Assembly (NCBI RefSeq): GCF_006345805.1
Contig: NC_043000.1
Coordinates: 84,258,001 to 84,322,000 of the forward strand
Length of the DNA: 64,000 nucleotides
Direction: 5' to 3'
Source: Octopus sinensis
Taxonomy: Eukaryota
The translations under genes and the position numbers were made by a program. A model generated the notes under the pieces. It was not told the origin of the DNA. It saw nothing but the letters and a program-made list of their open reading frames with translations, and searched no databases. Below are positions 1 to 12,490 of the stretch, piece after piece (the first letter of the stretch is position 1; every line of letters begins with the position of its first letter).

Positions 1-400
1 ATATATATAAAATACATGCAAGAAATATAACCTAAGGTGGAATTTTGAATTCTGTTGAAAATTAATCACGCTACGTCGGGATCATGCGAACTCCACCCAC
101 ACAAATTCACCATGTTAAGAAATATTAATATGATTTACAATAAAGCTACAAGTTTAGTCAACGTGAAAAGGTTATTTCTCAAATAGCTTTATACAATGAT
201 TTTTTTCTTCTTTAAATAATAATCGTATGACACAAGGATTTGGTATGTGAGCAACGTTATTATGAAGGAGAGTTGCTTGCTTACTGCTATTTTCTGTAAA
301 TGGGAACTTTTTCTCATCCGCAGTATTACTGCCGATAATTAATTATACTGCACATATGTGTGTGTGTGTGTGCGTGCGCGCGCGTATGTATTTGTACGTG

Positions 401-553
401 CGTGGGTATGTTAAAAAAATTTGCTTCCCAATCACATGGTTCCGGGTTCAGTCTCTCTGTGTGGCATCTTGGGCAAATGTCATCTACTATAGCCTCGGAC
501 CGACCGAGGACTTGTGAGTTGATTTGGTAATCGGAAACAAAAAGAAGCCCGTC
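401..553 (+). mobile_element. tRNA-derived SINE family A, 5' half, running into a long (TA/CA) microsatellite
   Basis: Matches the 5' half of the copies at 4019 and 25646 (ttgcttcccaatcacatggttccgggttcagt...ctactatagcctcgg...ggaaacaaaaagaagcccgtc); B-box-like gggttcagt. Confidence 0.8.
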
Positions 554-670
554 ATATGTATATATGTGTGTGAATATATATATATATATGTATATATTTA
601 TATGCATATATATACACATAAATATACATATGCATATATATATATATATACACATAAATATACGTACATA

Positions 671-709
<39 letters not shown>

Positions 710-722
710 GCATAAATATAAG

Positions 723-804
<82 letters not shown>

Positions 805-855
805 ATATGTATGTATATACATATATATTTGTAAACATTTATATATATATGTATT

Positions 856-899
<44 letters not shown>

Positions 900-919
900 T
901 AGATAGATACATACATACA

Positions 920-950
<31 letters not shown>

Positions 951-958
951 GTATATGT
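554..958. repeat. Compound microsatellite (TA)n/(CA)n/(GATA)n/(CATA)n
   Basis: Read directly; explains the YI/CV-rich ORFs at 326-944. Confidence 0.95.
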
Positions 959-1854
959 TCTAGCTTGGCCTCAGTCTAATGACTGAAACGATTAAAAATA
1001 ATAAATATGTATATGTGTGTATGTGTGTGGGGGTGTATGAGTGTGTCTGTCTATCTGTTTATGTGTCTGTCTGCCTGTCTGTCTGTCTGTCGGTGTATGT
1101 GTATCATATATACATACATATAAACATGCATAATGATAAACTCACCTGCATGAATAATCACATTTCAGCCAAAATTTTTTAATATTTTTGACTCACTGCC
1201 ATAATTATTGTAATTGTTACTTAGTTATAGGCTTGTCATGCAGAAGACAGTCATAGGAAATTCTCTATTGTCATTTTATTAATTTGTTTAATATTATTCA
1301 CACTTTAAATTTTCTCTCACTGTCGCTCTGAAATCTTAAACACCTTGCTGAATTATTCCTGTATGACATTTACGGAGTGTAACCCGGGCAATCAAAAGAT
1401 GGAACCTGTTGCCCGTGCCCCTTCCTGTATATCTTCATTTAAAATAATCGTGGTCGATCAAAATTTGGGGATTTCTCTCCTTTGTTTCTGCTGGGAATAT
1501 ATTTTCATTAGCGTTAACTACGTATTTCTTCATTAATCAAAATTTATTTCCACATATATTTATAACTATTTTTGGCTCCATACATCAGATATTGTAGATT
1601 GTACTTAATCATCAACCAGGATGCACCTTTGGGAAATTTTCGTATGTCATATAGTTATATGGATGAGTAGCAGAATGGTTGATAGAATTAAATCTAAGTG
1701 CAGAGAGTTTGTAAGTATCGAGTTATTCGCAGAAAATCTGAAGATCGTGTTTGAGGATCTAGTAATGCAAATGTCTCGATGATATACCAAATCCAATAAA
1801 ATTCATTGCTGTAAGACCCTTAATGGAAATCATCCAGTCATTTACAAAAATAAC

Positions 1855-2186
1855 CATTCAACATCAGTCAAGCAATTAACAAGACAATCATTCGATAGGA
1901 TAATCAGTCAGTCAATCAACAAGACAATCATTCCACATGACATCCAATCAATCAATCAACAAGGTAATCATTCAACATGACAATCAGTCAATCATTCAAC
2001 AAGACAATCATTGTACATGATAATCAGTCACTTGATCAACAAGGTAATCGTTCGATATGTCAATCAATCAGGGTCAATCAATCAACAAGGCATTCACTCA
2101 AAATGTCAATCAGTCAATCAATCAACAAGACAATCATTTAACATGATAATCAGTCACTCAATCAGCAAAGCAATCGTTCAATATGC
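1855..2186. repeat. Degenerate ~40-bp minisatellite, about 8 copies
   Basis: Recurring unit aatcagtcaatcaatcaacaagacaatcattcaacatgac with substitutions. Confidence 0.8.
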
Positions 2187-2669
2187 TGGCTTTTGAACAA
2201 AAAATAATACAATTCTTCTTCGAGTAGAATATGACTACGAGTTCCAAACCTTTCAGATCAATTTAGCTTTTGGTACAATCAACCCAGAGGCAAGACATGC
2301 ACGTTTATATATAGCCATATGCATGCAGAAGTTTGTCATGTGTACCTACACATACCTGCATTCCTTTGTGCCTATACATAAACATACATAAATGAGGAAG
2401 TAATTAAGTATCAATGTTGTTTAATGATCTTGTTGTTGTTGTTGTTGTTGTTAGTCTTGACTGAGTAGACTTTAGCTCACAAGCGTTCCAAATTCGACAA
2501 CTCCATTTCATTTTACGTTGAATAACGATACTGTTTAGAAAATAGCTTTTCTTTTGTAATATGATAACTTAATCAAAATCCAACGGCAAAACAACAACAC
2601 ATGAATGTATTACACATCCTCACATAAAAAGGGACAAATATCGCTTTGAATATGCAGCATATATATATA

Positions 2670-2812
2670 TCATCATCGTCGTTTAACGTCCGTTCTCCAT
2701 GCTAGCATGGGTTGGACGGTTCGACCGGGGTTCTGGGAAGCCAGAAGGCTGCACCAGGCTCCAGTCTAATTTGGCAATGTTTCTACAGCTGGATGCCCTT
2801 CCTAACGCCAAA
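2670..2812 (-). mobile_element. 3' fragment of a SINE/LINE with a (GAT)n tail, possibly RTE-type 3' end
   Basis: Minus strand reads ttggcgttaggaagggcatccagctgtagaaac...ccaacccatgctagcatggagaacggacgttaaacgacgatgatgatg; GC-richer than flanks and ends in a simple-repeat tail. Confidence 0.6.
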
Positions 2813-2856
2813 CGATATATATATATATATATCTGTGTGGTGTGTGTGTGTGTATG

Positions 2857-2906
<50 letters not shown>

Positions 2907-3420
2907 GCCATTTCTTTCGCCTCTGTCTTTTCTTGACAAGACGTGTATCGAGCTGGATGTCATTTCCCTCGCCTCCAATTTTCTCCTCTACTATTTTCTC
3001 CTCTTCTATTTATTCTATTTCCTTTAAAAATTACTCCCAGACGTTACCCATTACAATTAGTCTTGGCCTGACGGCCTTTAACGCTTGTCTTCGTCGATTG
3101 TTTACATTGTACGTCGACTGTTTTGTTATTTGTTCGTTCGAAGCCCTAACTCTCCACAAATTTTATACTTTTAAAATTTCTGGATGCTGGTGTCTTATGA
3201 AGTTTTCCTATCTTGTCATTAAAAGCATAAAATAGTCAGAAGTAAAACAGTCGACAACTGACGGGCGAGATATCTTCTTTTGGTATTTTGTGCTGTGCTT
3301 ATCTCTTGTTTGTTTTCGTATTTTTCGCTCGTCAGTGATATTCTGTACTTAATGTGTATTATATATATCTGTATGTGTGTGTGTGAGTGTGTGTGTGTGT
3401 GCTCGCGCGCGCGTGTGTGT

Positions 3421-3754
3421 GAAGGCGTATGACTCAGTGGTTAGAGTGTCGAGCTTACGATCGTGAGGTTGTGAGTTAGAAACCCGGACCAGGCTGCGTG
3501 TTGTGTTCTTGAGCAAGACACTTTATTTCACGTTGCTCCAGTTCACTCAGCTGTAGAAATGAGTTGCGACGTCACAGGTGCCAAGCTGTATCGGCCTTTG
3601 ACTTTCCCTTGGATAACACTGGTGGCGTGGAGAGTGGAGGCCAGTATGCACGGGCGACTGCTGGCCTTCCATTAACAAACTTGCCCGGACTTGTGCCAGG
3701 GAGGATAACTTTCTAGGTGCAATCCCATGGTCAGTCGTGACCGAAGGGGGTCTC
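3421..3754 (+). mobile_element. tRNA-derived SINE family B, near full length
   Basis: A-box-like tgactcagtggttag; B-box-like gtgagttagaaaccc; core gtgttcttgagcaagacactttatttcacgttgctccag shared with the 21277 copy. Confidence 0.8.
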
Positions 3755-3771
3755 AGAGATATATATGCCTG

Positions 3772-3802
<31 letters not shown>

Positions 3803-4018
3803 TACGTATGTATGTGGGTACGTACAACGAATGTATGAATGTATGTATGCATGGATGGGTGGATGGACGGACGGATGGATATGCATATATATAGAAGCGC
3901 AGGTATTGTTGTGTGTTTAATAAACTTGCTCTGAAATCACATAGGGTTCCGTCATAACGCTCGCATGCACACACATACACACACACACACAGAACTAATA
4001 GTGATGAATTATTAGATG

Positions 4019-4161
4019 CAGGAGAGGCTATGTGATGAGTACCTTGCTTACCAACTAGTTGGTTCTGGGTTCAGTCATCCTGCGTAGCACCTTGGGTAAG
4101 TATCTTCTACTATAGCTTGGGCCGACCAAAGCCTTGTGACGGAAACTGAAAGAAGCCATCG

Positions 4162-4194
<33 letters not shown>

Positions 4195-4405
4195 ATGTGT
4201 GTGTGTGTGTGTCTGTTTGTACCCCCCACTATCGCTTGACAACTGATGCTGGTCTGTTTACTTCCCCGTAACTTAGTGGTTCGGCAAAAGAGTCACATAG
4301 AATAAGTACTAGGCTTACCAAGAGTAAGTCCTGGGGTCGATTTGTTCGACTAACGGTAGTGCTCCAGCATGGCCGCAGTCAAATGACTTAAACAAACAAA
4401 AGAAT
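4019..4405 (+). mobile_element. SINE family A, complete, with internal (TA)n(TG)n at ~4162-4212
   Basis: 5' half as at 401 and 25646; 3' half (cgcttgacaac...gtaacttagtggttcggcaaaagag...gtgctccagcatggccgcagtc) as at 19830, 26920, 46970 and 59090. Confidence 0.85.
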
Positions 4406-4579
4406 TTAAAAAATCTAGGCAAAATACTTCATAAGCTCTCTGTTGGCACACCAGACTAACAATATTATGTAGATTAGTGAAGAACTTTAGGTAATATTGT
4501 GGTAATATTGTGGTAATTCTATATTGTAAATCCTCGGATGGGCTCCAGACAAACAGGTTTTTAAAGAGAGTGATATTTA

Positions 4580-4874
4580 AAACAAGTTAAAAATAATGGT
4601 CATTACATATTTTTTCCTTTATTGGGGAAAGTGTGGCTTACAGCTGTTTCCAGTAGTCGTTATAGGAACATTACTGATTGGTTTACCCAACTGGTTCGTT
4701 GATCAATTAAGGAATATTCAACGACCTCAGAAAATTAATCTTCCTTAATTGATCAATCGACCAATTGGGTAAACCTATCAGTAATGTACCTATAATAACT
4801 ACTGGAAACAGCTGTAAGCCAAATTTGCTCCAATAAAGGAAAAATATGTAATGACCATTATTTTTGACTTGTTT
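4580..4874. repeat. Long imperfect inverted repeat (fold-back/MITE-like): arms 4580-4714 and 4741-4874, 26-nt loop
   Basis: aaacaagttaaaaataatggtcattacatattttttcc...gatcaattaaggaa is the reverse complement of ttccttaattgatc...aaaaatatgtaatgaccattatttttgacttgttt, with scattered mismatches. Confidence 0.9.
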
Positions 4875-4893
4875 CTTTTATATATATATACAT

Positions 4894-4899
4894 ATATAT

Positions 4900-4931
<32 letters not shown>

Positions 4932-4972
4932 TCATCATCATCATCATCATCATCATCGTCATCACCATTATC
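4894..4972. repeat. (CAT)n-rich trinucleotide repeat
   Basis: Read directly; source of the poly-His/poly-Ser ORFs. Confidence 0.9.
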
Positions 4973-6074
4973 AGTCATCGGCAGATGTAACTATGACATC
5001 TTTCACTTTGTACCTCCAGCTGTCTTTGTCCCCTATCACCACTTTCATTTCAGAATCAGAGTTTATACTGTTATCCTATCTCAGCATCTTTGGAAACATC
5101 ATCATCCCTGCTCCTATGCGCCGCCCAACTCCTGATGGTAACCAAAATATAGTTTACAAACTGGTTGGTCCCCAGTTATGTGGCAATAGCCACACAAAGC
5201 GTAATCTTCCCTGCCGAAAGGTATCTGTCAGCTGTAGCAGGCGTTGGTATAGCTGTCTGTGGTTATATTCTTTCTCCAGCTGATGTTAAAAATGTTTCTC
5301 AATTGATTAATATATAATCCATATTTCTAAGTTTCGTGATATGGTCCAAGTTTCTGACTAGTTTAAGCAGAATTATTTCTATACAAGCCCTGAAAAATCT
5401 ACGTTTCAGTTCTCTGTCAGTGTTAAAATTTTCATATTTTATCTCGCTTATTTATTGCCGCTCAAGCTAGTCCTTTCCTTACACTATAATAAATTTTGTT
5501 CTGTGTAATATAACCGCCTGAATATTTAAATTACTCCGTCTAATTAATGACGAGAAGTTTGTCGAAACTAATATCCAATATCTATCGCTGGGTCAATATA
5601 TGCAGAAAAGAAAAACAAATCCCCCAAAATATGGGATGTGTGGGAGAATTGTTTAATTGCTTAACAAAAGACTGACCTTTTCTAAATAAACTTACAGAGA
5701 GAAACGGAAGAATGTGTCAAGCATATGTTTCTTAATCACCAATTCTTAGTTACTGCCCTTATTCTCACTCGTTAAAAACTCGGAATTTTATTCTGTCTGA
5801 AAACAATATTTCTCTGAGTAATTCTTTTTATATCTAAATTCTCACCTGACTTCAGAATAAAGTTTGTACTTTACTTCACACACACACACACACACACACA
5901 CACAAATATATTTGTTTACATAAATACATGTTTACATAGAAGCATGAATGCGGACGCAGACATGACTATGATTAAAAAGTTCGTTTCGCAGCTTAAAAGT
6001 TCTGGTGTAGCTGCTACTCGACACATTAAGCAGAAGCATTCTTCTATAGTGTATGGCTGAAAAGTACTTCTTGT

Positions 6075-6077
6075 GTG

Positions 6078-6157
<80 letters not shown>

Positions 6158-6180
6158 GTATATGCATATACATATATATG

Positions 6181-6228
<48 letters not shown>

Positions 6229-6271
6229 ATACATATATATATATACATACATATATACATACATATAATAC

Positions 6272-6302
<31 letters not shown>

Positions 6303-6458
6303 CATATACATACACATATATATACACATACATATATATACATAAAGATATCTATATATACATATAAATATATATATATATATGTATATGTATATATAGA
6401 TATCTTTATGTATATATATGTGTATGTATATGTATGTGTGTATGTATACATATGTATG

Positions 6459-6500
<42 letters not shown>

Positions 6501-6600
6501 TATATGTATATGCATGTATATACATATATATATATTATTTTATATTATATTATATTGTATTATATTATATTATATAACTATATGTGTATGCATGCGTGAG
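6075..6600. repeat. Long interrupted (TA)n/(CATA)n microsatellite
   Basis: Read directly. Confidence 0.95.
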
Positions 6601-7664
6601 TATGAATACATATATCTAAATGCATTGGTATGTATATTTGTGCGTCCGTGTAATGGTATTTCTCAATAACTGGAGATTGCAACTGACAGCGCCCTGTTCA
6701 TTGTTGCAAAATAATCTCCATGGTCAGCAAAACAGACCATTCTATTAACATGCTCGATCTTCAGTGAAGTTACCAGTGAGTGATACTGAGCATTAATCTT
6801 GAAGAATAATCTTAAAGAATAGTGAATAGGGCAGTGAATACGAAGAACGTTAGAAATTGGGAAACATCAATAAGTGATAAAAACCGAAGCAGAAAACAGA
6901 AACTACTAAATCTGTAATAAAATAGAGAAATAACATAATACTGAACAAAACTATGGAGAGAATACCTGAGGAATATTTGCCTGAATATTTTCGGAAAATT
7001 CCTACGTTAATTCAATTGATCAGGATCAAAGTAGCTGGAATTTGGTTATCAGCGTAAATCATGTCGTAAATCTAATTTTCCAGTGTCACAACTGCGAACG
7101 AGGAATAAGGAAAAAAGTACCTTGGGCTTAATGGACAAACCAAAAATGGTAGCCTCCAGACATATTTGCAAATGCTAGCAAGAGTGAAACCACCCGTATA
7201 GTGTTTATATATTTTCCTGCTTCACAAACTCTACACGTATTTTTCTCTTTTTTATTTTATCTATTTTTAGGGCAACTTGCTTCCTCTACATCTGATGATT
7301 TTCTCAGCTAACATTTCCGAATGTATTAGAAGATAAGCAGAACATTCCCTTGGAAGCATGCAATATGATTGATGATGGCATGAAAATTCTAGGAATATAT
7401 TGACAATTCCTAGCAGGAAGTATTTCTATGAAATCTTTTTCCTTCGTTTTGTATAGTGAAATAACGCAACGATCTAATAGTGGTTTAGATCATGGATTTT
7501 ATAAAATACTTATGGAAAATAAGTTTAGCGTTCGTATAAGTGTAAAGAAGTTCAGAGAGCAAACCATCTGAGCAATCTTAGATTACTGTTCGATGATAAA
7601 CAAGTTATTTTAACAACAACAACAATAACTATGCTGACATGACTTTTATTGTTGACATTCTTAT

Positions 7665-7696
<32 letters not shown>

Positions 7697-8052
7697 ATTG
7701 ACCTGCTTCATGATAAACATCATTGGCCGCGTCACTTTTGCTTTGTTTCCTTTTTTTCTTTTTTTTTATGCTTCCAAAACTTTGGATTATGCGAGACAGA
7801 TATCTTATTTTCTCTAACTCTCTTACTTTTCCTAACTCACTACCTTTCCTATTTGATGATGGTTCTCAACTTTCGGAGGCTTTTCCATCCTCGTCATCTT
7901 CTTCATTCGAGCGATCGGAGTGTTGCTGTTATGTCTGTGTTTTGTTGTTGTTCTTGTTGTTGTTTGTAGAAAAACTTCATATTTTTTTATGTCCGTTGAA
8001 GTAGCTGTTATTGTTGCTTATGTTGCTGCAGCTGTTGCTACCCCTGTGATTG

Positions 8053-8359
8053 AAGTATTTCAGCACCATAGATTCGTCCTAAAATATCCGGTTGTTTATA
8101 TTTCTAAGAGTGTGTATACGGGTGATCGACAAGAAGAGCATAGCCGAATGTGATTGTAGCAATCGGCTGATTGGTAGCAGCGATGGATAATGATGCTGCA
8201 CTCTCGTCTTCTTCACTAAGGCGCAGAACGCTCTGAGATGGTCTGCTTCACCAGAGTATACCATTCGGCTATGCTCTTCTTGTCGATCACCCGTATACAC
8301 ACTCTTAGAAATATAAACAACCGGATATTTTAGGACGAATCTACGGTGCTGTAATACTT
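8053..8359. repeat. Near-perfect inverted repeat: 98-bp arms 8053-8150 and 8262-8359, 111-bp spacer
   Basis: aagtatttcagcaccatagattcgtcc...gcatagccgaatg versus cattcggctatgc...ggacgaatctacggtgctgtaatactt; I count 2 mismatches. Confidence 0.92.
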
Positions 8360-8934
8360 AAAACTCTAGTGACATCTTAGTCTGATTCCACTGGAATGGT
8401 ATACTTGGATCGTAATGTTTCTCATATTCTTCCATCATTGCAGATATTTTGGTCAAGTCACATTGAGGCAACAGATTGTTAACTCTAATGCTGGTCAAGC
8501 AATGTTCCATATCCAGCAGGATCTTAATGAAACCTTGGCATATGCATATGCTTGTCGCCATTGCTCGCTTCTCGCTATTGCACATATTTGTTGCCACCCT
8601 GCCTTGTTTCTCTCGTGATATGTAAACTACTGTGAGTCATACTTTTAAGAATTTTTAAAATTACGCTGAAGTTGGGAACTATGGTTTTGGGCCCCTCTGC
8701 ATTATAATAGCACAAGTACAGCTAGTCGCCATTTGGTTATGACTTGACGGCACGTACCATGCTTTCGCTAATTGTTTTTAACAGCTATGTAGTCACAAGC
8801 AGATATTGGAATCCTCTCGAGGTTCCATCACCCTTGACACATTCAGGATGTGACTGATAGAAGGAAAGAAAGAAAGAAAGAGAAACAGACAGAGATAGAC
8901 AGACAGATAGACAGACAGGGGAGAGCAACTTAAT

Positions 8935-9074
8935 GTGCTCATTTTCAGGTTAGTACCCTAGAGTAATGTAACTACTGTGCCTTCCTCAAAGATACAATGC
9001 ACTGCTCGGTCCAGGAACCTACATTGTTATCATAAGTCAAAAACCTTAGCCATTAGGCCACGCAGTACCTTCAC
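8935..9074 (-). mobile_element. Decayed SINE family B head
   Basis: Reverse complement gtgaaggtactgcgtggcctaatggctaagg...ttcctggaccgagcagtgcattgtatctttgagg resembles the 3421 and 21277 heads. Confidence 0.55.
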
Positions 9075-9279
9075 TAAGTGTATACATTTGTGGATTTGTA
9101 TAAAATTGTGCACTGTTCATCTCCTCGACAGGAGGCGGCATCACTTCAGAGAGCACAATATTCTTATATTTTTTAATGGCTTTTGCATTTCTTTCGGGTG
9201 ATGTTTGTTTCACATGTAATATATATTTATTTTGTTATTTCTTCTTTATAGCTGTTATTGCTGCTCTTATTGCTAATGT

Positions 9280-9365
9280 TGCCATAGAGATGAAGAGATT
9301 GCGGAAGACAAAAGTAACAATTGTCCTGTGACAATTAGTGCACTTGGTACAACAGTCAAACGGGT
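9280..9365 (+). mobile_element. Very short remnant of an R4/Dong-type REL LINE C-terminus
   Basis: Reads AIEMKRLRKTKVTIV, then after a frameshift TISALGT; parallels EIEVTRMWNLKTETIPIIVGAL in the 14403 element. Confidence 0.4.
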
Positions 9366-10214
9366 TTATGAGTTGAATTAGTGCTCAATGTTGTTGTGTC
9401 AAATGTGAAATTTTATGGTTTAAATTAGTGTTCTATGTTCACAACAGCGAACGAAGAGTGCTTTGAACAACGAGATATTAAAATATATGCACAGAAACAA
9501 GAAAAAAAAATCAAAATATTCAGATTCCTTAACAAAATATAACTTTTCTTAAGATTAGAAGGAATCAACATTAATCTCACTATATAGAATATTATACAGA
9601 AACATCTTGTGTCTAAGAATTCAAAATATTATCACATAGATTGTTAGTATCTATTCACTCACCATTTTGTTATTAAATTGATTGAAAATTGTATGAATAA
9701 AAGGGATGTTAAACGCCTGCATGGTTACAGTTTGTATCCAACTATACACGCAATCGCACCCTACCATCTTAAAACAGAAATGACATTTTGGGAATTGTTA
9801 TGTTTTATTGTGGTTACGGCCTTCTAGTGTATTCATCCACCAACTGTCAAATCACCATCACGTAATCCACGATATCTCTTCTTAATAGCTTCTACGACTC
9901 TGTCTAACATATGGCTGCGCATACGATACTGTTTTAGTTTATTTTAGCCATAAAGGCCCGACACAGAGGGGACAGCAAAAGGACAGATAAACACATAATA
10001 GGGGAGAAACATGGTATGAAAAAAGACGATGCATGATTGGATGGATGGTTAGAATGAATGCCACTCGAGCCCCAAATTTATCAAAAGTTTATATATGCCA
10101 CAACATTAACATACATTTAAAAGTTCCTGGGGTATCTCTCGAATTATAACATGCCATATATATTTTTTTAATCGCAAAATCGTAATCGTGCATACTCACG
10201 ACCTTTTGTCCTTC

Positions 10215-11190
10215 AGCGCAGTCCATTTCAATCAAACTGCCTGTCCACACCTGGTCCATACTTTCTTTTCAAAACGTTCAGGCTAACTTCGCCTATGACT
10301 ACTGTTTTTACTTCTCCTTCAAAATCCTCCTCAATATCGCGTATTTTGTCCACTCGTATACTCTGTCCACTCTCTAGTTGCTTCTTCCTTATTTCCTGGT
10401 TTCCCGTTGCACTCACTCAAATGGACGCCACGATAGGATGAGTTACAGTCTCTGTCAGTGCTTCCTTGGTTACTTCTACAGGTGTGTGGAGGCGGTGGGA
10501 GCAATTGGCTCTCATGTATCCAAGCTTTCTCCACTTGAAGTACCTCTACCCTATCCAATTGCTTCCCGGTGTTTTCGAGGCCTGGAGGACTGTTAATTTT
10601 TCCTCTTGACCCAGTATTATAGCTGCAATTAGCCACGCTGCATTCACCTCCGGAGGTACTTCTTCCACCCTCACCCTGGAGACGCGCCCCCCCCCCCCCG
10701 GCTAAGTCGGAAGGAATACTATTTTCACTGTAGATAACATGGCCATCTTCGTGGCAAATCTTACTTCCACCGTTGCGTATTTAGCTCCTCTGGTTAGGTA
10801 TGTTATGTCCACCCAAACACTTCTCTATTTCCCCTTTATCTGTAACATTAATTCTTCTCTCTTCTTTGTTGAAACTTTTGAATTTGACTGTGTTTCTGGC
10901 TGTCTCTTGAGCCACATCACAACGTGAGGTTACACAAACTACGTGGCCTTCCCTATGAAATATCCTTCCGTATTCTTCGAGCTTTAATGTTTCCAATTTC
11001 ACTTCGTCTCTCTTCGTAACAGTCACTGCTGCAAAACTCTTTTTTCGCCATCCATGCTATTCAAACTTCCGGGCACAGCCGCAAAATTCTTCTTTTCTTT
11101 CAATTGTCTGTTGATATTGATGATACTTCTCAACGGTTCCTCTTCTGATGTTCTCATCTCATCCGAGCTCAAGCTCTTGTAAATCCATCA
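10215..11190 (-). pseudogene. Decayed gag/ORF1-like retroelement protein with a mutated CCHC zinc knuckle
   Basis: Joined minus-strand frames give ...RVRVEEVPPEVNAAWLIAAI...RYFKWRKLGYMRANC. Y/W/Y are each one base from C/C/H of CX2CX4HX4C (10501-10545). Contains stops and frameshifts. Confidence 0.55.
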
Positions 11191-11949
11191 TTCAGCGCTT
11201 TCCCCTTTAAACAAGGGGGGAAACGTTAACAACACTGCCGCAAGACAGAAAAACAATGTGTTGTTAAACACGAAAAAATAGCTTAACAGTAATTTAACAG
11301 AAATTTGACAATAAACAGTTCAACTTTAAAACGTCGTCCAACTCAAAAATGAGGCATACGACACTGTTTTCGTATCTCCAGCACGCATGCGTACTTATAC
11401 AATTCAGAACCGTCCATTCACGGGGGTGTTCAGATTCCGCCAAATCAGAAATGTTGCCTATGCTATACTAAAAGATGGGATGGTCATGACTGGCAGATCT
11501 TTCCTCTCAATTGCTCATTACTGTCTTAAAATAGAAATGACATTTTAGGAAAGGTAGTTTCTCAAACACTATAAGTCGGATTGGTCACGAGTAGAACATC
11601 TTCCATCTTAATGCGAAACCATGTCAATGAAACATTTCACTATCTTCCCTTCTATCACTTTCTCAGTAATTACAACTTTCGAAACAAACCACAGTCTCCC
11701 GATTCAGATACTGAGACTGACACTGCATCATTTTCTTATTGATAGCACACCAAAGCAAATAGCTGAAGACGCCTCAACCCGACGTTCAATGTCGGGTTGA
11801 ACCATTCTCGTCGGGACGAGAATGGCTCAGAATGAATGTCTTTCTGAACAACCATCTCAACCACCATACCAAAGCCGTATTTTATCAGAAATTCTTCGTT
11901 TTCTTTTCTTGTATAGGTGCACGACATTGATTAATATAGTCGGCTAATC

Positions 11950-12490
11950 AAAACTTGTGGTCATGATCCCATTTTTAGGCAGCAAGAGCATCATCGACAT
12001 CGATTCGGTACCCTCTACGCAGACCGTCCACGAAGAGTATTTTATGGAGGTATGAGGGGGTTCTGGAAGATTTCTTTACAAAATACTGGAGCTCTTCCAC
12101 TCTGGTCGGTGGCATCTGGACTAGGAAAAGGTATCAGTCCACATTCCATCCTGGTAACCAACTACTTGACAGAGATGGGAATCGAAACTGTCTCTCGCCT
12201 TCCCTAAAGTCCAGCCCTCTCTCCTTCTGATTTTTAGCTGTTTCTCAAGCCGAAGGGGACCCTCGGGTGCACTCATTTTGTGGACACTGAGAAGATGAAG
12301 GAGGCTGTGATAAAGATCCTAAGGACGTTACTTTGGAGGACTTCCAAGGGGCTTTCACAAAATTGCTAGAGTGCTACAAGTTCATTGAAATCAGAGGATT
12401 TTACTTTAAAGGAGACTAGAGTTTTATACTTCTTTGAAATTAATAAATGTCTCTCCTGAGGAAATCTCAAATCTGAACTGCATCTTGTAA
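11950..12490 (+). mobile_element. Mariner transposase 3' pseudogene fragment
   Basis: KLVVMIPFLGSKSII...ELFHSGRWHLD*...SILVTNYLTEMGIETV...P*SPALSPSDF*LF...EKMKEAV: decayed WHLHQDN and YSPDLAPCDFWLF motifs; TIR-like end gaactgcatcttgta. Confidence 0.8.

Noticed and set aside
3421-3500. tRNA-like sequences here and at other SINE heads
   Set aside because: They have A/B-box-like motifs but no complete cloverleaf and continue into SINE bodies; they are not tRNA genes.
7271-7335. Acceptor-like tttttag followed by a short open frame
   Set aside because: All frames stop within about 65 nt, with no donor or homology.
11763-11803. CTGAAGA followed by a stem and GAA: possible hammerhead ribozyme
   Set aside because: Extra bases lie between the core and the stem, GAAC replaces GAAA, and stems I and III cannot be formed.
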